Shown here piece by piece: positions 8,398-14,977 of a stretch of 14,977 nucleotides of DNA (position 1 is the first letter of the stretch; the number at the start of each line of letters is the position of its first letter). The notes below the pieces were generated by a model, which was not told the origin of the DNA, did no database searches, and worked only from the letters and a program-made list of their open reading frames with translations. A program made the position numbers and the translations under genes. Location of the stretch: contig SDNY01000091.1 in assembly GCA_004524535.1 (NCBI GenBank), positions 1-14,977 of the forward strand. The letters run 5' to 3'. This DNA is from Promethearchaeota archaeon (GTDB lineage Archaea > Asgardarchaeota > Lokiarchaeia > Sigyniarchaeales > SOKP01).

Positions 8398-9609
8398 TTG
8401 ACAACAACTAAAGAAAAAAAGAAGGAAAAAGAAACTAAAGATGGCGAGTATTTAATAACCTATACTAGACATCTTGAAAAAAGATTGAGGAATCTTGAGA
8501 CTGAGAAACAATTATTAGATGCAGAAAGATTAAGGTTAGAGCAAGAACTTCATAGTTTGAGGAATGAAATTGACAGGTTAAGAGAACCCCCTTTAGTTTC
8601 TGCCACTATAATAGATATTTTAGAGGATAATAAAGGAAGAGTTATCGTAAAGAGTTCTACTGGTCCAAGTTTCGTAGTAAATGCTAGCAGGAAAATAAAG
8701 AACGAAAAATTGACTCCTGGTTTGAGAGTTGCTTTAAATCAGCGTACATTTGCAATTATGGAAATTTTACCTACAAAATTGGACCCCTTTGTTAAAGGAA
8801 TGGAAGTAATTGACGCAATTCCCGATATATCATATAGTGATGTTGGAGGACTTGAAGATCAAATGCAAGAGGTTAGAGAAACTGTTGAACTACCCTTGAA
8901 AAAACCAGAACTATTTAAAAAAATAGGAATTGACCCTCCTAAAGGAGTATTACTTTTTGGAGCTCCAGGTACGGGAAAAACTTTATTGGCTAAAGCGGTT
9001 GCGCATGAAACTGAAGCTACTTTCATAAGAATAATAGGATCTGAATTGGTTCAGAAGTTTATTGGAGAAGGTGCTAGATTAGTTCGAGAAATCTTTAATT
9101 TAGCAAAAGAGAAAGCACCTACTATATTATTCATTGATGAATTAGATGCAATTGGTTCACAAAGATTAAAAATAGCGACTTCTGGAGATAGAGAGGTTCA
9201 AAGAACCTTGATGCAACTTTTAAGCGAATTAGATGGTTTTGAACAAAGAGGAGATGTAAAGATTATTGGAGCTACAAACAGATTTGATATATTAGATCCA
9301 GCGTTATTAAGACCTGGTAGATTCGATAGAATGATCGAATTCCCAATACCAAACGAAATCGGAAGAGATGCCATTTTTAAGATACACACAAGAAATTTGA
9401 ATGTTGGAGAAAAGTTAAATCTCAATAAATTGGTTAATTTAACTGAGGGAGCAACTGGAGCAGACATTAAAGCGATATGTACTGAAGCAGGAATGTTTGC
9501 TATAAGAAAAGAAGCTGAATTTATAACTGAAAAAGATTTTCTTGATGCGACTGATAAAGTTTTAAGGAACCTGAAAGACCAAAAGCAAACTTCTAGATTA
9601 TATTCGTAA
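8398..9609 (+). CDS. pan: Proteasome-activating nucleotidase (PAN, AAA+ ATPase)
   Basis: N-terminal coiled coil then EPPL/OB domain, Walker A GAPGTGKT, pore loop KFIGEG, Walker [34 protein letters not shown] and C-terminal HbYX (L-Y-S); TTG start 9 nt after AGGT. Confidence 0.98.
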   Translation: MTTTKEKKKEKETKDGEYLITYTRHLEKRLRNLETEKQLLDAERLRLEQELHSLRNEIDRLREPPLVSATIIDILEDNKGRVIVKSSTGPSFVVNASRKIKNEKLTPGLRVALNQRTFAIMEILPTKLDPFVKGMEVIDAIPDISYSDVGGLEDQMQEVRETVELPLKKPELFKKIGIDPPKGVLLFGAPGTGKTLLAKAVAHETEATFIRIIGSELVQKFIGEGARLVREIFNLAKEKAPTILFIDELDAIGSQRLKIATSGDREVQRTLMQLLSELDGFEQRGDVKIIGATNRFDILDPALLRPGRFDRMIEFPIPNEIGRDAIFKIHTRNLNVGEKLNLNKLVNLTEGATGADIKAICTEAGMFAIRKEAEFITEKDFLDATDKVLRNLKDQKQTSRLYS

Positions 9610-9681
9610 AAAAGGTCTCTTTAAAATTAAAATACCCTCTTTTTATAATATAATATAATTTTTTATTACAAAACTTTTAAT

Positions 9682-10170
9682 ATGAACAACGAAATTTTAT
9701 TAGGATTAAGAAAGATTAAAGGTATTTCAGATTATCAATTTGGTATTGATATTACAGATATTCTATTTGACGAAATCGATAATATTCGGATTGAACGGTC
9801 AAAGAACACCAATAAAATTAGATATATATATTATAAAAATAGTTTAATGCTGGCTTTAAGACCTACAAATGGTTTATTTACACTTAGCTTGTTTTCTGCT
9901 AAAAAAATAATAGAGAACACTCAAACTCCAAGATTAAGGGCAATAATTCTTACAGAAGTCTCAGATTTTATTAGAAAGGGACGTAATGCTTTTTGTAAAC
10001 ATATCGTTAATATCGATCATACTTTAAGAACTTTAGACGAAGTAATTGTAGTTAATCAAAAGGATGAATTATTAGGTATAGGACGTTTAAAAATTCCCAT
10101 TCCTTATATAAAAACATTTAAAACTGGTATTGCTGTAAATATAAGGAAAGGTGTTCAATTAAAAGATTAA
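9682..10170 (+). CDS. Stand-alone PUA-domain protein resembling the C-terminal domains of archaeosine tRNA-guanine transglycosylase
   Basis: DYQFG, S.NTNKIR, LRPTNGLFTLS, FIRKGRNAFCKHIV, DEVIVVN..DELLGIG and G.AVNIRKG; no TGT catalytic barrel. Confidence 0.88.
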   Translation: MNNEILLGLRKIKGISDYQFGIDITDILFDEIDNIRIERSKNTNKIRYIYYKNSLMLALRPTNGLFTLSLFSAKKIIENTQTPRLRAIILTEVSDFIRKGRNAFCKHIVNIDHTLRTLDEVIVVNQKDELLGIGRLKIPIPYIKTFKTGIAVNIRKGVQLKD

Positions 10171-10211
10171 AAATTTTTATTAATTATACATAATTTATAA
10201 AAGTGAAAAAA

Positions 10212-10694
10212 ATGAAACTCCCCAAAGAAATGCAAAAGATAGAAAAAAGTCGACCTAAGCGTCCAACTCCAGTTAAAAAACTGCAAGGACAACAACAATT
10301 TGGTTCTAGACAAATGCGCAGGAAAATGGCTTCACAAGGAATAGATATGGATCAAATCGATGCAACTCGAGTTATAATTGAAGGTCCAGAAAAGACTTTA
10401 GTTATTGATCAACCAGAAGTCGTTTTAATGAAACAAATGGGCCAAGAAATATATCAGGTAATTGGAGCAGCAGAGGAATACTCTCCAGACGAGGTTAAGA
10501 TTAGCGAGAATGAAGAATTAGAAGTAGATGAACCATTAAGCGAGACTGAAATAAAACCGACTATTACGGAAAACGATATAATGTTAGTTGCAGCACAAGG
10601 TAATGTGGATCTAAAAGAAGCAGAGGTGGTTTTAAAAGATTGCGAAGGAGATATCGCAAAAGCTATATTATTTCTAAAAAACAGATCTAAATGA
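10212..10694 (+). CDS. nac: Nascent polypeptide-associated complex protein (NAC domain + C-terminal UBA-like domain)
   Basis: RQMRRKM..QGIDM.QI.ATRVII...LVIDQPEV...MGQEIYQVIG NAC domain, acidic linker, ENDIMLVAAQ.NV...EA..L....GDIAKAIL. ATG 10212 preferred; alternative GTG at 10203. Confidence 0.95.
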   Translation: MKLPKEMQKIEKSRPKRPTPVKKLQGQQQFGSRQMRRKMASQGIDMDQIDATRVIIEGPEKTLVIDQPEVVLMKQMGQEIYQVIGAAEEYSPDEVKISENEELEVDEPLSETEIKPTITENDIMLVAAQGNVDLKEAEVVLKDCEGDIAKAILFLKNRSK

Positions 10695-10776
10695 GTTTAG
10701 GTTTATTATATTAAAAAATAAAAATTAAGAACTATATACAATTCAAATATATAAGATATACAATCGTTTGTTTATT

Positions 10777-11133
10777 ATGTCTAAAGTTAAAAAAAAACGT
10801 ATTGATAGGTCAACAACTACTATTTCTAAGAAGGATATTAATTTCGAAAAACTATTACAATTTTCTGCCTGGTTTTTCTTATTAGCTTGTTTAATTCCTA
10901 TGGCATATTGGGCACTATTTGATCTCTTATTAGAAAGAATTGTAATAGATATAGGTGCTATGTACTTTTCGTACGTTATATTTACGGGCACATCTGCAGC
11001 ACTCTGTTTTGCATTATCGACAAAAGTTCGTAAAAATAGAGATAAAAAGAAAGAAATTGTGATAGATTGGTTAATTGGAGAATTTTTGTTTTGCATGTTC
11101 GCAATTTTTGCTGTAGCAATTTATCAATGGTAG
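10777..11133 (+). CDS. Small three-TM membrane protein (possible OST2/DAD1-like)
   Basis: Basic N-terminus, three hydrophobic segments and a basic loop between TM2 and TM3. ATG 10777 preferred over TTG 10768, with a TATA-like TATATAAG at 10748-10755. The CDS is well supported; the family assignment is tentative. Confidence 0.75.
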   Translation: MSKVKKKRIDRSTTTISKKDINFEKLLQFSAWFFLLACLIPMAYWALFDLLLERIVIDIGAMYFSYVIFTGTSAALCFALSTKVRKNRDKKKEIVIDWLIGEFLFCMFAIFAVAIYQW

Positions 11134-11150
11134 TGCAGAAGTGATCATCG

Positions 11151-11480
11151 CTATTTATAATCATCTCTTGATGGACTGAAAACTTCTAGTACCTCAGCTG
11201 TTTCTATTATTATCGCCCCATGTTTTTCCAAAGAATCAAAAACATAACTGTCTCCTTCTTTTGCGATAAACTCACCGCTCTCTGTTATAAATCGGATTAT
11301 ACCTTTATTAACATATCCGATTTGATGAGCCGAATGATCATGTAAGGGAATTTCGGCATCTTTCTTAAGGGTGAATAGACAAATCATTACATTATTATTA
11401 TACGTCAATGTTTTTCTATAAATCCCTTCTAATACCTTTACTGATTTAATTGAACTTCTATTAACCGGATTTTTTTTCAT
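11151..11480 (-). CDS. Cupin-domain protein (Cupin_2/KdgF-like)
   Basis: Motif 1 IPLHDHSAHQIGYV.KG, motif 2 GDSYVF....KHGA, C-terminal EVFSP.RDDY; strong SD AGGAGGT at 11490-11496. Confidence 0.92.
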   Translation of the reverse strand: MKKNPVNRSSIKSVKVLEGIYRKTLTYNNNVMICLFTLKKDAEIPLHDHSAHQIGYVNKGIIRFITESGEFIAKEGDSYVFDSLEKHGAIIIETAEVLEVFSPSRDDYK

Positions 11481-11637
11481 TTTAAAATTACCTCCTAATA
11501 ATTTCTATATGTTTTGGTTAGTTAATAACCCCAATAAAATCCATTTTTATTTAAACCATTTATCTCCTAAGCTTAGATTAAGTTATCATATACTTTTAAG
11601 TTATTATAATAATAAATATATTTAATTTAAAATAATT

Positions 11638-11660
11638 AAAAAAAAAAAGGAAGAAAAACT
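11638..11660 (-). terminator. Probable oligo(T) terminator of the zinc-ribbon membrane protein gene
   Basis: The minus strand reads TTTTTCTTCC followed by T11 (11648-11638), starting about 20 nt past the stop codon at 11680. Confidence 0.5.
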
Positions 11661-11679
11661 AAGATTTTTTTTTCTTATT

Positions 11680-12453
11680 TTAATCGATTTCTGCTCCGCA
11701 ACTTGGACAAAAACGAGCGCCTGTACTTACGTCGGCCCCACAATTTGGACAATAATTTAAGGATTGAGTTAAAGATTGAGTTCCCGCAGGAGCTGAAACT
11801 GGCTGAGATGATTGAGAAGCTGACTGAGCTGGTGCGCCTGTTAGATTTTCTAAGGAAGCTAATTTAAAATATCCAAAAATTCTTAAAATATCTCCTATAA
11901 ATGGGATAAAAATGAACATATCAATAATACATCCAATTTTACAAAGATTAGCTCCAGATTTCGACTCATAAGCAATGCCCGATGGGAATAATTGAGCATT
12001 AGAACCAAAGAAGTTTTCTAAACCACCCCAAGCAAGGTATCTTAATATGGAACCTATGAGTATGAGACCTACTCCAATAAAAAATATAATTAAAGATACA
12101 GCGAAAAACTCTATGGGACCTATAGTAATGAAAAGTACAATAAATATAAGTGCCAACCCAATCTGGAAAAATACCAATCCAATTGCTCGTATAATTGTTC
12201 CTAAGATAAATTTTAGTGGAAATCCAAGTAAATCTTGATTATAATCAAGCATTCTACCAGCTCTCTTAAGGGGCCCTATTATTAATAGGAAATATATTAT
12301 AATAATAATTGTCATTACGATAGAAATAAGTGTACCGATGATTGTGAAGTAACCGAGTATGCTGCCTATTAAACCTATAAGCGTCAGGATTGCTATTGTT
12401 TTCATTTTATCACCAAATTGCTTGAATTCTCTATATAAATTTTGATTTGACAT
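11680..12453 (-). CDS. Multi-pass membrane protein with C-terminal zinc ribbon (DUF973/DUF996-like architecture)
   Basis: About 5-6 hydrophobic helices, an A/S/Q/P-rich linker, then YCPNCGA......RFCPSCGA. ATG 12453 preferred (SD-like GATGTGA upstream); alternative GTG at 12465. Confidence 0.85.
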   Translation of the reverse strand: MSNQNLYREFKQFGDKMKTIAILTLIGLIGSILGYFTIIGTLISIVMTIIIIIYFLLIIGPLKRAGRMLDYNQDLLGFPLKFILGTIIRAIGLVFFQIGLALIFIVLFITIGPIEFFAVSLIIFFIGVGLILIGSILRYLAWGGLENFFGSNAQLFPSGIAYESKSGANLCKIGCIIDMFIFIPFIGDILRIFGYFKLASLENLTGAPAQSASQSSQPVSAPAGTQSLTQSLNYCPNCGADVSTGARFCPSCGAEID

Positions 12454-12550
12454 TTTTTTTATCACATCTTGTTTTTAATTATATTATCTTTGTAAATTTA
12501 AATTTTTAAATCTTTATTAGTCCATTGGTTAAAAAATATTAGAAATTTTT

Positions 12551-13447
12551 TTAAAATAAGATACGGTCTGAAAATTCTTCTTTTTGTTTTTCTAAAAACT
12601 TCTCATATTCATCCGGGCAATATCTTTTAGAACTTTCTTCGACCACTTGGGCAAGAGAGCTTTTAAATTCATTCTTATTTAAACTATTTTTATCTTTTTT
12701 ATTTAAAACACGACTTTTAAGGTAATATCGTACAATATTTATACCTTCACGTACAGTAAACGGTTCATCATGAATATGGGCATTTTGGAGAAAATCTACA
12801 CAATATTCCAAAATTTTATCCGAAGCAAATGGTAAATTATATTTTAAAATCTTTAATTCGTCAACTCTATTGGGAAAATCGATAAAAATCTTAGGCTGTA
12901 ACCTAGATTGAATATATTCTGGAACTTCATATGTGCTGCTATCGCTGTTCATTGTCACGCATAAACGAAACTCGGGATTTGCAGCAATTCTTATCCCTGC
13001 TATTATTGAATCTACGTAACGACGTTTATCCATCAGAGGAGCTAAAGATGCCCAACTTTTTTCGCTCATACGGTTTCCTTCGTCTAAAAGGCATACGCCC
13101 CCTTTAATCATAGCAGACACTAAAGAACTCGCAACATAAGCAATTGTATTATCAGAGGAAATTACAGGGCTAATTAAAAGGTCTTCCGGCCTTGTGTCCA
13201 TTGTACACTGAAATATATAAACAGGCTTATTTAACAATTTACCGGTTGCATACGCAAGCGTTGTTTTTCCTACTCCCGGTTTCCCTAATATTCTGGGATT
13301 TAATGGAAGATCCTCTTTCTCATCAACAATCATCCATGCTGCTTTTAATTCATTAATTAAATCTTTGTTGCCGACCCATTTCATATCAACTTTAGTGTGT
13401 TCAGAAAGCACCAGTTCAACCCCTGAAATTATTACAGTCTCTACCAA
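12551..13447 (-). CDS. MoxR/CbbQ-NirQ-type AAA+ ATPase (AAA_5-like)
   Basis: Walker A GKPGVGKT, FQCTMDTRPEDL, Walker B LLDEGNR, PEFRLCVTMN sensor 1, SRL arginine finger, TVRE sensor 2; TTG start. Confidence 0.9.
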   Translation of the reverse strand: MVETVIISGVELVLSEHTKVDMKWVGNKDLINELKAAWMIVDEKEDLPLNPRILGKPGVGKTTLAYATGKLLNKPVYIFQCTMDTRPEDLLISPVISSDNTIAYVASSLVSAMIKGGVCLLDEGNRMSEKSWASLAPLMDKRRYVDSIIAGIRIAANPEFRLCVTMNSDSSTYEVPEYIQSRLQPKIFIDFPNRVDELKILKYNLPFASDKILEYCVDFLQNAHIHDEPFTVREGINIVRYYLKSRVLNKKDKNSLNKNEFKSSLAQVVEESSKRYCPDEYEKFLEKQKEEFSDRILF

Positions 13448-13536
13448 TGACAGACTCTCTAAATAATCTTTTATTATTATATTATAATTATCTCATTCAT
13501 TCAAAAAATTAACTAAAATCATCTGGATTTTGCTTT

Positions 13537-13617
13537 ATACAATAAATTAATTTCTTTAATTTATTTTAAGAGTTTTAAGAGGATTAGATTTTTAATACAA
13601 TAAATCAATTTATTTAA
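13537..13617. repeat. Two 23-bp direct repeats, 58 bp apart, each with an internal dyad
   Basis: ATACAATAAATTAATTTCTTTAA (13537-13559) versus ATACAATAAATCAATTTATTTAA (13595-13617): 21/23 identical. Confidence 0.6.
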
Positions 13618-13654
13618 ATAATGACATAAAATAAGGGATTAGATCCGCATAAAG

Positions 13655-13673
13655 TAGAATTTCTGATTTGGGG
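13655..13673 (+). repeat. Direct repeat copy 1 flanking the orphan ORF
   Basis: TAGAATTTCTGATTTGGGG, 18/19 identical to 14612-14630. Confidence 0.6.
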
Positions 13674-13834
13674 AGTACTATTTAGATATTGCTGGTTTAT
13701 TGATTAAATGTAATAAAAAAAAGAAAAAAATAAATTATTTAGGATCAAATTTAGAGCAATTCTTATCAGAAAGCAAGAATCGTAATGACTACATTTTTCG
13801 CATTTCTTTACCCATTCGATAAAAGAAATAACAA

Positions 13835-14524
13835 TTAGGCTTTTCTTAACTTCTCTATTATGGTTTTAATGTCGGTTTTCAGTTGTTCCATCATTTCACT
13901 AACAGAGTTAAAGCGTCTATTCATTAGATTTCTGTAATCATCATAAGGATGAAAAACATAGTTCCCAAATTCGTTAATCTCTAATCGAAAAATTCCCTTC
14001 TCAAAATCTAGGTAATAACTCGATCGTTTTCTTCCTTTGGTAGTTCCGCCAAATGCCTTTTTAATGGTTTTTAACTCTGGTTTAAATTGTTTTCTAATTT
14101 TGGCGATTTCTTGGTTTAAGTCTTCTGCTGTGAAATCAATTGTCTTCGGGGTGTTTTGAATTTTTCGGCTAAGAAATAGATTTATTGTTTTATTTAATTT
14201 GTTCTTTGCATATTCGTATTTCTCCCACGCGTTTCTTTCGATCCTATTGGCTTTATTTCGCTTATAATCCATATTTTTATATCCACTAGTCCCAGTTACT
14301 GCTGGATTGGGATATATTGAATAGTGAGAATAATACCCATCAAAATCTTTGATAACTTCTTTTAATTCGGTGAAATGTTCTCTCGTAATTCTGTAATTTC
14401 GTTTGATCTTTACTTTCCAAATGTCTATTTGTTTTTTGGTGTGAAAATCTTTCTTTATAGTGAAATAATAATCGGGGGGTTCTTCTTGTTTTTCTGGGGG
14501 TGTTGGTTTGGTTGTTTCTACCAT
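13835..14524 (-). CDS. Orphan basic protein with motifs reminiscent of virus/plasmid polyvalent proteins
   Basis: Open frame of 229 aa from ATG 14524, with SD-like GGAAGTGAT upstream (alternative ATG 14542, 235 aa); segments HTKK.IDIW.VK...F.ELK.....DGYYS and YPNPAVTG.SGY...RNKAN. Confidence 0.75.
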   Translation of the reverse strand: MVETTKPTPPEKQEEPPDYYFTIKKDFHTKKQIDIWKVKIKRNYRITREHFTELKEVIKDFDGYYSHYSIYPNPAVTGTSGYKNMDYKRNKANRIERNAWEKYEYAKNKLNKTINLFLSRKIQNTPKTIDFTAEDLNQEIAKIRKQFKPELKTIKKAFGGTTKGRKRSSYYLDFEKGIFRLEINEFGNYVFHPYDDYRNLMNRRFNSVSEMMEQLKTDIKTIIEKLRKA

Positions 14525-14611
14525 TTTTTTAATCACTTCCATATTATTAATTTTAAATTTTATTTGATGATATAACAGAGAAATTACATATTATTTAATG
14601 AATACAGAGAA

Positions 14612-14630
14612 TAGAATTTCTAATTTGGGG
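14612..14630 (+). repeat. Direct repeat copy 2 flanking the orphan ORF
   Basis: TAGAATTTCTAATTTGGGG, 957 bp from copy 1. Confidence 0.6.
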
Positions 14631-14643
14631 CTATACCTTTATT

Positions 14644-14693
14644 TTGTCGAAAAAATGAATAGTTGCTTTTGTTAGGTTTCAGTTATTCGACAA
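14644..14693. repeat. Imperfect 16-bp inverted repeat (hairpin)
   Basis: TTGTCGAAAAAATGAA (14644-14659) pairs with TTCAGTTATTCGACAA (14678-14693) at 14/16 positions, with an 18-nt loop. Confidence 0.5.
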
Positions 14694-14977
14694 TTCATTA
14701 ATTTTAATCAGAATTTTTCTTAGAGGGAAAATCTGGAATGCTCTGAATTATCCTTACGGAAAGATCAGGATAAAAATTATAACTTTTAGGAACAAATTGA
14801 AAACTTTAGAGGTTGTCAAGATTTAAAGAAAAAAAGAAATGAGCAAAAAATTCAAGATTCTAAAAGATTAAAAAAAGGAGAGTTGCATAGTAAATCCAAT
14901 TTGAGGGTGAAGAAAAAAATCCAGATTATTTGAAATGTCTTGCTCATTGATTAATATTGTGAAATGAGTTATTTAAA

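Noticed and set aside
6241-9467. Minus-strand ORFs 6241-6480, 6997-7212 and 9198-9467
   Set aside because: Antisense shadows of the hypothetical gene, tfe and pan.
10743-12238. ORFs 10743-11096 (-), 10982-11164 (-) and 12047-12238 (+)
   Set aside because: Antisense to membrane-protein genes with coherent TM patterns.
13642-13669. dif-like site GATCCGCATAA-AGTAGA-ATTTCTGATTT
   Set aside because: The left arm resembles the bacterial XerC arm, but the right arm matches poorly, there is no dyad symmetry, and the left arm is not shared with repeat copy 2.
14375-14575. 66-aa Phe-rich plus-strand ORF
   Set aside because: Mirror of the Lys/Glu-rich minus-strand ORF, which has the better SD and length.
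13655-14630. G-string repeats as ORB elements (replication origin) or CRISPR repeats
   Set aside because: They lack the TCCA-N3-GAAA ORB core and no orc1/cdc6 is in view. Two copies 957 bp apart is not a CRISPR array.
14644-14693. Integron attC site
   Set aside because: GTTAGGT fits GTTRRRY but lies in the loop, and there is no paired RYYYAAC at the stem base.
14838-14948. 9-bp inverted repeat AATGAGCAA/TTGCTCATT as MITE ends
   Set aside because: Short, with no target duplication seen; compatible with chance.

Overview
This is an AT-rich archaeal chromosomal window, most likely from an Asgard archaeon (Lokiarchaeia-like). That assignment is an inference from the undivided Rpo2, low GC, frequent TTG starts and a probable eukaryote-type OST subunit. 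Positions 194-10694 form a core information-processing cluster: cbf5/truB, an RsmC-like methyltransferase, rpo5 (rpoH)-rpo2 (rpoB), a conserved-looking hypothetical, tfe, mbf1 (inverted), pan, a stand-alone TGT-C/PUA protein and nac. Notably, rpo2 is not followed by rpo1'/rpo1''. Two small membrane ORFs sit in or beside the cluster. One (5723-6001) closely resembles eukaryotic OST5/TMEM258 and the other (10777-11133) more weakly resembles OST2/DAD1, both oligosaccharyltransferase subunits. From 11151 onward are minus-strand accessory genes: a cupin, a zinc-ribbon membrane protein, a MoxR/CbbQ-type AAA+ ATPase, and an orphan ORF with mobile-element-like motifs. The orphan is bracketed by an 18/19-identical direct repeat and adjoins a run of hairpins. 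I found no tRNA, rRNA, CRISPR array, integrase or transposase.
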